From contig OZ244148.1 of the NCBI GenBank assembly GCA_965216255.1, forward strand, positions 4,907,962 through 4,971,961: a stretch of DNA of 64,000 nt, read 5' to 3'. Positions 1 to 8,643 of this stretch are shown here, piece after piece. Under the pieces are notes generated by a model, which was not told the DNA's origin, ran no database searches, and was given only the letters and a program-made list of their open reading frames with translations. Position numbers and translations under genes: made by a program. Each line of letters starts with the position of its first letter. Position 1 is the first letter of the stretch. This stretch comes from Rhodothermales bacterium (GTDB lineage Bacteria > Bacteroidota > Rhodothermia > Rhodothermales > Bin80).

Positions 1-1
1 C

Positions 2-1762
2 TATACCGTGCTCAGGGACCGGCTCGGGGAGGCCGACTACACGGCGCTTTATCCTGCGGACAGCAGGATAAACGTACCCGTCGTGCCGCAGAAGTATGGA
101 GCTGCGGCAGGCCCTGTTCCGGGTTCGCGTGCGATGGCCTCCGGACTCCAGGCCATGGAGCGTGTCCTGGCTGCCTGGGGCGCTGAAGGCTATCGCGTGC
201 CTAAGGGATCGAACAACTGGGCGGTTTTCGGGAATAAGTCTGCTACGGGGGCCCCGATACTGGCAGGGGACATGCATCTTGATCTTACGCTGCCGGCCAT
301 CTGGTACGAGGTGCACATGGTCACGCCTGGGCTCAATATTTACGGGGTCCTGCCACCCGGCACGCCGGTGATGGTGGAAGCATTCAACGATGCCCTGGGA
401 TGGACCTACACCAACACGGGTGCAGACGTGCTGGATCACTATGCACTGGAGCTCGATGCATCGGGCCGGCACTACCGCTATGGCGGTGCGTGGCGCGCCC
501 TGGAAAGGGTGCCTAACACGCTGCATGCCAGCGGGAGCCAGTCCGTGGTCGATACGCTGGTGTACTCGCATTTCGGGCCCGTAGTAGTCATGGATTCGGG
601 TGCCGTGGCCCTGCGCTGGGTAGCGCACGAGCCGAGCCGCACACTCCGGGCGCTTTGGGGCATGAACCGGGCACGTACCAGGGAAGAATTTGACGCGGCC
701 CTCGAGCATTTTGACGTGCCGGCGCAAAACATCCTCTACGCGGATACGTCCGGTCATGTCAGTATCCGGTCTACCGGATACATTCCTGTCCGCAGGGCCG
801 GCCATGGCGCGGGGCTGCTGGATGGAACCGCGGACGCGTTCGAATGGGTAGGCAGGATTCCGTTTGAGGATCTGCCGCATGCGCTGCTTCCAACACAAGG
901 CTATCTGCTATCCGCCAACCAGCAGCCAACGCCGCCGGGGTCTGCCCACTACCTGGGGCACGACTGGCCCGATGCATACCGTGCGCTGCGCATCGACAGT
1001 CTTCTGCGCGCGCGTCCGCTCCACGGCGTGGAGGATTTCCTGCGCTATCAGTCGGATGTGCATGTTGTGCAGCGAGACCTGTTCGTACCCCTTCTGGAAA
1101 CGCTGGAAGGGCTCACACCCAGAGCCCAGGCGGCGCGCGAGCGCCTGCTGGCATGGGATGGCGCCTCGATGGTGGACCGCGATGCTCCGCTGGTTCTTGA
1201 CGTATTCTTGCGGAGCCTGCGGCGGCTGGCATGGGATGAACCCGTGTTTGCGGGTTTGCCAGAGCCAAAGGAGATGACGCTTCTGCGGCTGCTCCGCGAA
1301 GGATCTCCCTGGCTGGACGTGGTGGAAACGGAGGCGGTGGAAGATGCCCCCGGACTGCTGGCCATGGCGCTGGAACGCGCTGCCGATACGCTGGCAGTGC
1401 GGTATGATGACCTGCAATGGGGGCGTCATCATACCGTGGTTTTTCGCCACCTGACGCAGACACCCGCGCTGCAGGCGCTGTGGAGTGGGCCGCATGCCTA
1501 TCCGGGGTTCGATGAAACCATCTCTCCCGCCGGGGGGCGTCCGACGACGCACGGTGCCAGCTGGCGCATGGTCCTGGACTTTTCGCAGCGGCCACTGTCC
1601 GGCTACGGTATCTATCCCGGCGGCCAAAGCGGGCGCCCGCTAAGCCACCTCTATGACCTGCACGTTGGCCCCTTCCTGGAATTCGAGCACTTTATGCTGC
1701 ACAGGCCCCGCGGACCGGGAGGACTTGCGAGCGTATCTTCACGTATAGCATTCAGTCCCTGA
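2..1762 (+). CDS. Penicillin acylase/amidase family protein (peptidase S45, Ntn hydrolase); 5' end cut by window edge
   Basis: The frame is open from the window start. The translation contains the family's processing/nucleophile site KGSNNWAVFG followed by ILAGDMHL, in about 580 aa of continuous ORF. Stop at 1760-1762. Confidence 0.85.
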   Translation, partial: YTVLRDRLGEADYTALYPADSRINVPVVPQKYGAAAGPVPGSRAMASGLQAMERVLAAWGAEGYRVPKGSNNWAVFGNKSATGAPILAGDMHLDLTLPAIWYEVHMVTPGLNIYGVLPPGTPVMVEAFNDALGWTYTNTGADVLDHYALELDASGRHYRYGGAWRALERVPNTLHASGSQSVVDTLVYSHFGPVVVMDSGAVALRWVAHEPSRTLRALWGMNRARTREEFDAALEHFDVPAQNILYADTSGHVSIRSTGYIPVRRAGHGAGLLDGTADAFEWVGRIPFEDLPHALLPTQGYLLSANQQPTPPGSAHYLGHDWPDAYRALRIDSLLRARPLHGVEDFLRYQSDVHVVQRDLFVPLLETLEGLTPRAQAARERLLAWDGASMVDRDAPLVLDVFLRSLRRLAWDEPVFAGLPEPKEMTLLRLLREGSPWLDVVETEAVEDAPGLLAMALERAADTLAVRYDDLQWGRHHTVVFRHLTQTPALQALWSGPHAYPGFDETISPAGGRPTTHGASWRMVLDFSQRPLSGYGIYPGGQSGRPLSHLYDLHVGPFLEFEHFMLHRPRGPGGLASVSSRIAFSP

Positions 1763-1776
1763 AGCCTGCCCGCCCC

Positions 1777-3261
1777 ATGTCCCAGGAATCTTCTGCGCGG
1801 TTCTCTTCCCGACTTGGCCTGCTCTTGAGCGTGCTGGGAATGGCTATTGGAACCGGCAATATATGGCGCTTCCCCCGCATTGCAGCCACGAACAGCGGCG
1901 ACGAGGGTGCCGGAGCGTTCCTGGTTGCCTGGGTGATATTCCTGTTTGTGTGGAGCATACCGCTTATCATCGCCGAGTATGCGCTGGGATACAAGGGGCG
2001 CCGGAGTGTCGTGGGCACTATTGCCAAGATGGCGGGGAAGCGCTTTGCCTGGATGGGAGCCTTCCTGGGTTTTGTGGCCGCGGCGATTACCTTCTACTAT
2101 TCGGTCGTGGCCGGATGGTGCCTGTTCTATTTTCTGCGCATGGTAACGGGCGGCTTGCCGCTGACCGTGGAGGCCTCACAGGGCGTCTGGGACGGCTTTC
2201 AAGAGACCGGATTCCCGCTGTTGTTCCACGCCCTGGCCATCGGTTTGGCGGCACTGGCCGCATGGAAGGGAATCCGGAGCATCGAGCGGGTCAACAAGAT
2301 TCTGGTGCCGACGCTTCTTGTCATTGTTCTCATTGCGCTGGGCCGGACCCTCACGCTTGACGGCGCATGGGAGGGCATCTCCTTTCTCTTCACGCCAGAT
2401 TGGGCCACGCTGACAAGGCCGCGGGTGTGGCTCGAGGCCCTGACCCAGAACGCCTGGGATACCGGTGCCGGATGGGGGCTGGTTCTGACCTACGGCGCCT
2501 ACATGCATGCACGGCATGGCGTGGTGAAGAATGCCTTCATCACGGCAGTTGGCAACAACACGGTGTCGATACTCGCCGCCATAATCGTCTTTGGCACGGC
2601 ATTTGCTGTACTTGGTACGCAAATGGGCCAGACAGACATACTGGAGGTCATGCGTACGAGTGGACCCGCAGCGACGGGCCTCACATTCATATGGATGCCC
2701 CAGCTGTTTGCCGCGATGCCGGCAGGTGGCTTGTTCGCCGCGCTGTTTTTCCTTGGCCTCTCCTGTGCGGCCCTGAGCTCGCTCATATCGATGATTAACA
2801 TGAGCATCCGCATTTTCGTCGATTTCGGTTTTCGTCGAAGCCATGCCACCGTGGGTGTATGTGTCGTGTCCTTTATTCTGGGCATTCCGTCGGCCATCTA
2901 CCTGGGCTTTTTTGAAAATCAGGACTTTGTGTGGGGCATAGCTCTCATGATTGGCGGAATCTTCGTCGCCTTTACCGTCATGCGGCAGGGCGCGCGCCGC
3001 TTTCGCCTGGACGCCATCGATGGCATTGCCGGCGACTGGAATGTGGGCCGCATCTGGGACATTATCGTGGCCTTCGTGGTGCCGATTCTAGGTGCCGTTC
3101 TGCTCATTTGGTGGCTGTGGATGTCCGCCACTGACTATGCTCCAGATACCTGGTTCGACCCCACCGATCGATTCAGCGTCATGACGTGCTTCGTCCAGTG
3201 GAGCCTGGTCATTGCAAGCCTGCTGCTTCTGAATCGCTGGATGGTGCGGCGACTTACATGA
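1777..3261 (+). CDS. Sodium-dependent transporter, SNF (neurotransmitter:sodium symporter) family
   Basis: 494-aa polytopic hydrophobic ORF with the N-terminal SNF signature LGMAIGTGNIWRFPRIA. It starts 14 nt after the upstream stop. Confidence 0.85.
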   Translation: MSQESSARFSSRLGLLLSVLGMAIGTGNIWRFPRIAATNSGDEGAGAFLVAWVIFLFVWSIPLIIAEYALGYKGRRSVVGTIAKMAGKRFAWMGAFLGFVAAAITFYYSVVAGWCLFYFLRMVTGGLPLTVEASQGVWDGFQETGFPLLFHALAIGLAALAAWKGIRSIERVNKILVPTLLVIVLIALGRTLTLDGAWEGISFLFTPDWATLTRPRVWLEALTQNAWDTGAGWGLVLTYGAYMHARHGVVKNAFITAVGNNTVSILAAIIVFGTAFAVLGTQMGQTDILEVMRTSGPAATGLTFIWMPQLFAAMPAGGLFAALFFLGLSCAALSSLISMINMSIRIFVDFGFRRSHATVGVCVVSFILGIPSAIYLGFFENQDFVWGIALMIGGIFVAFTVMRQGARRFRLDAIDGIAGDWNVGRIWDIIVAFVVPILGAVLLIWWLWMSATDYAPDTWFDPTDRFSVMTCFVQWSLVIASLLLLNRWMVRRLT

Positions 3262-3881
3262 AACATGAACGGTTTGAGACTATGGGATATATCTGGGGAC
3301 TAACCGGTCTTGCCTGCCTTGCCAGTGCGCTCACCGTGGCAGCCCAGCCTGCCGAGCTTCCTATCGGGACGGCGCTGCCGGCTCAGGACCACGTTGTCAG
3401 CTTGGTAGGCGGTACAGAGACTACCGTCGGTGCGTTGACGGGAGTCCGGGGCACGGTGATTATTTTCTGGAGCAATATGTGTCCGTGGAGCGAGGGCTAT
3501 ACCGAGCGCGTGACGGCGCTTAGCGAGGAGGCCGCACGCAGCGACATATTGCTGACCCTGGTTAACTCGAATGATCCCGAGGCTTTTCCGCAGGAGACGG
3601 CGGCCGCAGGAGTTGCCGCCGGGCATCCCATGCCCTACGTGGTGGATTCCGGAGGTGTACTTGCCAGAGCGCTGGGGGCGTTTCGTACGCCCCATGTCTT
3701 TGCATTTGATGCGGACCGAATCCTCGTGTATGCCGGTGCGGTTGACGACGCCCCGGCAGATGCGGGAAATGTCCAGGAAGCCTATCTGGAGACCGTCATA
3801 CGCTCGCTCGCGGACGCAGAAGCGCCGGCGGTACCGCGTACCAGGGCCTTCGGCTGTCGCATACGATTCCCCGGCGGTTAG
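3258..3881 (+). CDS. Secreted thioredoxin-fold (redoxin/TlpA-like) protein with CxxS centre
   Basis: ATG 3258 overlaps the transporter stop (ATGA). It has a signal-like stretch GLTGLACLASALTVAAQ and a thioredoxin-fold motif VIIFWSNMCPWSEGY (CPWS). The ORF-track start 3186 lies inside the upstream gene and was trimmed. Confidence 0.6.
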   Translation: MKHERFETMGYIWGLTGLACLASALTVAAQPAELPIGTALPAQDHVVSLVGGTETTVGALTGVRGTVIIFWSNMCPWSEGYTERVTALSEEAARSDILLTLVNSNDPEAFPQETAAAGVAAGHPMPYVVDSGGVLARALGAFRTPHVFAFDADRILVYAGAVDDAPADAGNVQEAYLETVIRSLADAEAPAVPRTRAFGCRIRFPGG

Positions 3882-3886
3882 GCAGG

Positions 3887-4828
3887 GTGACGATCAAGTT
3901 CGTAGAAGAGCACTTCCATTGCCCCTCCTCAGAGGCAGAGCTCGAGGCGATGATGCAGTGCGCTATGGCTTACCAGAGGGCCAATTGCCCGGTGTACCGG
4001 CAGTTTTCCCGGACGCACAGGTACTTGCCGGTTGCGGCCTTTAAGCACGGCCCCGTGACGACGTTTTCGGCACAAGATGCTGAGTCCGTTTTCGAAAGCA
4101 GCAGTACGGGCCGGGGTGCGCCAAGTCGGCACTGGGTAAGACGCCTGGCCGTGTATGAGCGCGCCGTGTCTGTACACTTTGAACACATCTTCGGCGCCGG
4201 CCCCTTTACCATCCTGGCCCACCTCCCGCGTTATGCCCGGGCTTCTTCCCTGGTCCATATGATGCACTTGCTGATCGGGCGCTACGGCGATGCGGCAAGC
4301 GGATTCTTCCTGGACAATACGGACGCGCTAAAAAGAGCGATGGCAAGGGAGCGTCCATTGCTGCTTTTCGGAGCCGCGTTTGGGCTGCTGGATCTTGTGG
4401 AGCGTCGCGCCTGGCCGCTGCCCGAAGGCTCGCGCGTCATAGAAACCGGAGGCATGAAGACCTACCGTCGGCAGATGGCCAGGGCAGAGCTGCACCGGCG
4501 TCTGGCACAGGGCTTCGCCATAGGCGAGGCCCAGATCTGGAGCGAATATGGCATGTGCGAGCTTATGAGCCAGGCATATGCACGCGGAGGCGGCGTTTAC
4601 TATCCGCCGGCCTGGATGCATTTTCAGGTCCTGGATCCGCATTCGCTGCACGAACGGGAGGAGGATGTTCCGGGAGTGCTTGCCGTATTTGATCTGGCAA
4701 ACCTGCACTCGGCCTGCGCTCTGCTTACGGAGGATCTTGCCGTGAGGCGCGGTGAAGGGTTTGAAATCCTGGGGCGGGTTTCGCCAAGTGAACTTCGCGG
4801 CTGCAATTTTCTCTTCGAAGGCACGTAG
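3887..4828 (+). CDS. LuxE/PaaK-family acyl-protein synthetase-like acyltransferase
   Basis: 313-aa ORF with GTG start. Pattern typical of Bacteroidota LuxE-like proteins: FESSSTGRGAPSRHWV, IETGGMKTYRR, SEYGMCELMSQAY and a C-terminal ELRGCNFLFE. Confidence 0.65.
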   Translation: MTIKFVEEHFHCPSSEAELEAMMQCAMAYQRANCPVYRQFSRTHRYLPVAAFKHGPVTTFSAQDAESVFESSSTGRGAPSRHWVRRLAVYERAVSVHFEHIFGAGPFTILAHLPRYARASSLVHMMHLLIGRYGDAASGFFLDNTDALKRAMARERPLLLFGAAFGLLDLVERRAWPLPEGSRVIETGGMKTYRRQMARAELHRRLAQGFAIGEAQIWSEYGMCELMSQAYARGGGVYYPPAWMHFQVLDPHSLHEREEDVPGVLAVFDLANLHSACALLTEDLAVRRGEGFEILGRVSPSELRGCNFLFEGT

Positions 4829-4830
4829 CC

Positions 4831-5886
4831 ATGGGCGAGTTCGATGCCGTGGTGCGTGTGGCGCAGCGATGGCTCGACCCCGAGTACGGGCCCAGGGCGC
4901 GCGCGGTGAATCGCACACTCGCTTCTGCCAACAGGTTTACGGGCGAGGCTCTGGCCTTTGCCATAAACCAGCAGATGCATCAGATTACCCGGCACGGGCT
5001 GGCGTCCTGGCTCGCGGCCCGCAAGGCGCGGCATCCCTGCAGGGTAGGAGTCCTCAATGCGGGCAACGTCCCCCTGGTCGGGCTTCAGGATCTTCTGGCT
5101 GTCGTGCTGACCGGTCATGCGTACGTGGGCTCGCGCTCTTCCAGGTCTCCGGAACTGTTGCCGGCATTCCTGGCGTGTCTCAGGGACGAAGCGCCGCTAC
5201 TCTGCGGTAGGTTCGTCTCTCCGGCTGCGCTTTGGGAAGAGGCAGACGCCTTGATTGCAACGGGATCGGATGCCACCGGGAGCTGGGTAGAGGAGCAGGC
5301 GCGCACCCACGGATTGCCGGCCGATCGGCTGCTGCTTCGCGGCCACAGCTATGCTGTGGCGGTGATAGACGGGCAGGAGACCCTTGATGACCGGGAAAGG
5401 CTGGCAGAAGACATCCTGCTGCATGAGGGCATGGGCTGTCGGAGCGTGGCGCTGGTCTGGGCACCGGCTGGCCTTTCCCCGGATCCCTATCTTGAGAGCC
5501 TTGCGGCGTTTCGCGGCGTCTTTCCGGCGCACGCGGCCACGCCCGATGCATTATCCGTGCAGCGGGCCTTCCTCGAGGCACTGGATCGGCCGCACGCCTA
5601 CGGAGAAGGCCTCGAATTCCTTGTCAGCAGGGGCGACCCGGAGCCGCAGGCCCCGGGTCATCTGCGGTGGACGCAATACGATGACATAGCCCAGGTGGCG
5701 CGTTTCCTTCACCAGGAGCAGGATGTCATCCAGCTGGTCGTGGCGCCGCCAGCCGTTTCTGCGCGGCTTCGGATACCGATGCCCATACAGCCTCCAGGAT
5801 ACGCGCAGCGCCCCGCGCTGGACTGGCGCCCGGACGGCAGGGACACGGTAGGCTTTCTGTGTGGTCTCGGCAGGCGCTCCGACTGA
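4831..5886 (+). CDS. LuxC-type acyl-CoA reductase-like protein
   Basis: 351-aa ORF starting 2 nt after the LuxE-like stop. Motifs GVLNAGNVPLVGLQDLLAVVLTGH, ALIATGSDATG and HEGMGCRSVALVW resemble LuxC-family acyl-CoA reductases. Confidence 0.6.
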   Translation: MGEFDAVVRVAQRWLDPEYGPRARAVNRTLASANRFTGEALAFAINQQMHQITRHGLASWLAARKARHPCRVGVLNAGNVPLVGLQDLLAVVLTGHAYVGSRSSRSPELLPAFLACLRDEAPLLCGRFVSPAALWEEADALIATGSDATGSWVEEQARTHGLPADRLLLRGHSYAVAVIDGQETLDDRERLAEDILLHEGMGCRSVALVWAPAGLSPDPYLESLAAFRGVFPAHAATPDALSVQRAFLEALDRPHAYGEGLEFLVSRGDPEPQAPGHLRWTQYDDIAQVARFLHQEQDVIQLVVAPPAVSARLRIPMPIQPPGYAQRPALDWRPDGRDTVGFLCGLGRRSD

Positions 5887-5936
5887 AACCCTGTGTGTGC
5901 CATGGGGTATCGCATGCAGACGTGAAAATTACACTC

Positions 5937-6314
5937 ATGGAGCAAGACGGGGCGGGAGGAGCCGGTGATTTTGACCGCATCGCTACCCTTTCGCAGGAAA
6001 TGGTCCGTGATATTAGCGCCTGGCTCGAGTTGAGGACGGCGCTGCTTGAGGCGGAGGTGGAGCAGCGCATCAAGGCGCGGCAAAAGGTCTTCGTGGCCTA
6101 TGGCGGAGCCGCGTTTGCGGGGGGCGCAGCGTTCGTCTTGCTACTTATAGCCGCCTCGCTGGGGCTCGGCGTGCTTCTTGGGCACGCGGCCCTGGGCTTT
6201 CTGACGGTCGGCGCGGTGCTGGGCATGGTTGTGTTGGGCACGTACCTGTTTCTGAGACGTTTTGATGCAGATGGAACCCGAAACCATAGACAGAAAAAGC
6301 CGGACCGTAGCTGA
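5937..6314 (+). CDS. Small membrane protein, holin-X / phage-holin-family-like
   Basis: Start taken at ATG 5937. An amphipathic segment (LELRTALLEAEVEQRIKARQK) is followed by two hydrophobic helices (AFAGGAAFVLLLIAASLGLGVLLG, LGFLTVGAVLGMVVLGTYLFL), which is the layout of that family. Confidence 0.45.
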   Translation: MEQDGAGGAGDFDRIATLSQEMVRDISAWLELRTALLEAEVEQRIKARQKVFVAYGGAAFAGGAAFVLLLIAASLGLGVLLGHAALGFLTVGAVLGMVVLGTYLFLRRFDADGTRNHRQKKPDRS

Positions 6315-6708
6315 GCTGAGGCGTGAGCTGGATCGGAAAGCGGCGCGAATCCAGGGCCGTCTGCAGGCCATCGGAGGTGAGATGGCGACGCTGACGGCTT
6401 CGGCGCCGGAAGCCTTGCTTCGTCACCCGCTCGTGGCCACAGGCGGGGCACTGGTTGCCGGTGTGCTGGTAGGCCTGGTTGCAAGCGGCCTTGGCCGGCG
6501 AAATGCCCGGCGAGACGAGGTGCTGGACGTGGTGAGCGCTCATTTGGTGAAGGCGGTGCGCGACCACCTGTCCTCCGGGGCGGATGCGCCCACTGCCGAG
6601 GCCCCGGAACGGGTGTCACGGCTACTTGATCGGCTGATACCCATAGCCGTTGACATGGGGCTTTCGGCGCTTGGTCGAAGGGCCGGCAGGCGCGAAGGAT
6701 CTGACTGA
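6262..6708 (+). CDS. Hypothetical membrane-anchored coiled-coil protein
   Basis: 148-aa ORF with a charged N-terminal helix and one hydrophobic segment (LVATGGALVAGVLVGLVASGL). The start is uncertain and it overlaps the previous gene by about 50 nt. No family recognised. Confidence 0.35.
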   Translation: MMQMEPETIDRKSRTVAELRRELDRKAARIQGRLQAIGGEMATLTASAPEALLRHPLVATGGALVAGVLVGLVASGLGRRNARRDEVLDVVSAHLVKAVRDHLSSGADAPTAEAPERVSRLLDRLIPIAVDMGLSALGRRAGRREGSD

Positions 6709-6717
6709 ACGAGTCCC

Positions 6718-7356
6718 TTGGACGGCACAAGAAAGACACGCTTTGCGCTATTTGGCCCTCCTGGTGCCGGCAAGGGCACGCAGGCCCGGCTTCTTGTCGC
6801 CCGCGGCGGCCTGGAGCATATCTCCACGGGAAATATGCTCCGGAGTGCCATCAGCAGCGGTTCCGAACTGGGGCGCGAGGCCGCGCAGTACATGGACCAA
6901 GGGCGACTGGTGCCGGATCACCTGGCGCGTAGGATCGCCGAGGATGCCGTTTGCGCAGCCGGGCGGGACAACTTCGTGCTGGATGGCTATCCCCGTACTC
7001 TGCAACAGGCACGGTGGCTGACGCAATATCTGGGAGCAAGACCGCTAGAGGCGGTGCTCTTCTTGCAGGTCTCGGTGGAAGAGGTGCTCCGGCGCCTTTC
7101 GCGGCGCCGGATGCATAAGCAGTCCGGCGAGATCTACCACCTGGACACGAGGCCGCCCATAGGGATAGATCCCTCCCTTATATTCCAGCGGCCCGACGAC
7201 CGTCCAAAGGCCATCCGGGAGCGCCTGCGGGTGTACAGCGTACAAACCGAACCGATCGCAGCTTTCTATCGGGGCCGGGGGAGTTTGGTAGAGGTGGATG
7301 CCGCCGGCGATGCGGAGACCGTCTATGCGCGCATCGCGGGGGTCCTTGCAGATTAG
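6718..7356 (+). CDS. adk: Adenylate kinase
   Basis: TTG start. P-loop FGPPGAGKGTQARLL, ISTGNMLR and a short Cys-less lid; 212 aa. Confidence 0.9.
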   Translation: MDGTRKTRFALFGPPGAGKGTQARLLVARGGLEHISTGNMLRSAISSGSELGREAAQYMDQGRLVPDHLARRIAEDAVCAAGRDNFVLDGYPRTLQQARWLTQYLGARPLEAVLFLQVSVEEVLRRLSRRRMHKQSGEIYHLDTRPPIGIDPSLIFQRPDDRPKAIRERLRVYSVQTEPIAAFYRGRGSLVEVDAAGDAETVYARIAGVLAD

Positions 7357-7369
7357 CGCAGACGCAGCC

Positions 7370-8368
7370 ATGGGCGTGGATTACAGCGATAGGCAGTGTG
7401 CCGATTTTGTAGTGCGGTTGGGTGGCGATGTGACGGAAGCCCTGGGCCGGCTCGTGGCGCATTCGGATCCGGAGGTGCTCTACGATCCCGTGCGCTATGT
7501 AATAGCGGGTGAGGGCAAGCATATTAGGCCGGTGCTGCTGCTGCTGTCGGCGGGCCTCTTCGGCGTGGATACGGCGCATGCCATGCCTGCGGCCCTGGCC
7601 GTGGAATTGACGCATGATTTTGCGCTGGTCCACGACGACATCATGGATAATGCGGATAGCCGGCGCGGCCGCGCATCCGTGCATGTAAGGTGGGATGAGG
7701 ATACCGCTATACTCTGCGGCGATGTTCTTTTGTCCATGTCCTTCGATCTGGTCGCGCGTACATCTTCACCACACGTGCCCTTGATGGTTCGCACGTTTGC
7801 TGCCATGGTGGCGGCCCTCTGCGAAGGGCAAGCTCTGGACAAGGCATTCGAAAAACGGAAGCAGGTCACGCCCGCGCAGTATCTGGACATGATTGACCGC
7901 AAGACGGGGGCGCTGGTTTCTGCGGCACTCGAGCTGGGTGGAATGATCGGAGGTGCTTCGAGCGCCCAGCGTGAAGCCCTGTGGTCCATGGGACGGGAAG
8001 CGGGCCGCGCGTTTCAGATTCAGGATGATCTGTTGGATTTGGTAGCGGAGGACCTCCACTGGGGCAAGCCCATCGGCGGCGACCTCATGGAAGGCAAGAA
8101 AACCTTCCTGCTTCTTGAGGCGCTCGCCCGGTCGGCGGGCGGGGATTACGCGTTTTTTTCCCGCATACGCCACGGTGCCGGCCTGCCTCCTGAAGAGATT
8201 CCCGAGGCCCGCAGCCGCCTGGAAGGTCTCGGGATCATAGAGCTTGCACGCGAGCGCGTGCGGCGTCATAGCGCGGCGGCGGCGGCCTATGTGGAGCATC
8301 TGCCGCGAGGCGTGGCCGCCTCGGCACTGGCGTGGACCATACACGACATGGCCGCACGCGTCCGGTAG
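7370..8368 (+). CDS. Polyprenyl diphosphate synthase (FPP/GGPP synthase family)
   Basis: ATG 7370 lies after the adk stop. First Asp-rich motif LVHDDIMDNADSRRG, second Asp-rich motif FQIQDDLLD. Confidence 0.85.
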   Translation: MGVDYSDRQCADFVVRLGGDVTEALGRLVAHSDPEVLYDPVRYVIAGEGKHIRPVLLLLSAGLFGVDTAHAMPAALAVELTHDFALVHDDIMDNADSRRGRASVHVRWDEDTAILCGDVLLSMSFDLVARTSSPHVPLMVRTFAAMVAALCEGQALDKAFEKRKQVTPAQYLDMIDRKTGALVSAALELGGMIGGASSAQREALWSMGREAGRAFQIQDDLLDLVAEDLHWGKPIGGDLMEGKKTFLLLEALARSAGGDYAFFSRIRHGAGLPPEEIPEARSRLEGLGIIELARERVRRHSAAAAAYVEHLPRGVAASALAWTIHDMAARVR

Positions 8369-8369
8369 T

Positions 8370-8636
8370 ATGATCACGAAGGAGCTCAAGGTCATCAACA
8401 GGGCCGGCATACATACGCGTCCTGCGGCCAAGATCGTGCGCACGCTTGCCGGATTCGAGTCCGACGTGTGGATACGCAGCGACAACTACGAGATCAACGG
8501 CAAGAGCATCATCGGGGTCATGACGCTGGCGGCAGCGCAAGGGACCACGCTCACGCTTATTTGTGAGGGAACCGACGAGGCCGCGGCTGCCAATGCGCTC
8601 GCGGACCTGTTTGCGACTGGATTCGGTGAAACCTGA
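8370..8636 (+). CDS. ptsH: Phosphocarrier protein HPr
   Basis: ATG 8370 is 1 nt after the upstream TAG. 88 aa with His15 context NRAGIHTRPAA and Ser46 context NGKSIIGVM. The ORF-track start 8244 was trimmed. Confidence 0.9.
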   Translation: MITKELKVINRAGIHTRPAAKIVRTLAGFESDVWIRSDNYEINGKSIIGVMTLAAAQGTTLTLICEGTDEAAAANALADLFATGFGET

Positions 8637-8643
8637 CGGGACA

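Noticed and set aside
6098-6739. 213-aa minus-strand ORF across the holin-like and hypothetical genes.
   Set aside because: It is a Pro/Arg/Ala-rich shadow ORF in a high-GC region. The plus-strand ORFs have membrane-protein architecture and fit the co-directional operon.
8244-8369. N-terminal extensions in the ORF track (8244 for ptsH, 8563 for ptsI, 10302 for PGI/PMI, 11282 for the OMP, 7298 for the polyprenyl synthase, 3186 for the redoxin, 5859 for the holin-like gene, 59741 for the 379-aa gene).
   Set aside because: The extensions overlap the preceding genes and translate to Arg/Pro-rich non-family sequence. Internal ATGs placed at or just after the upstream stop give canonical N-termini.
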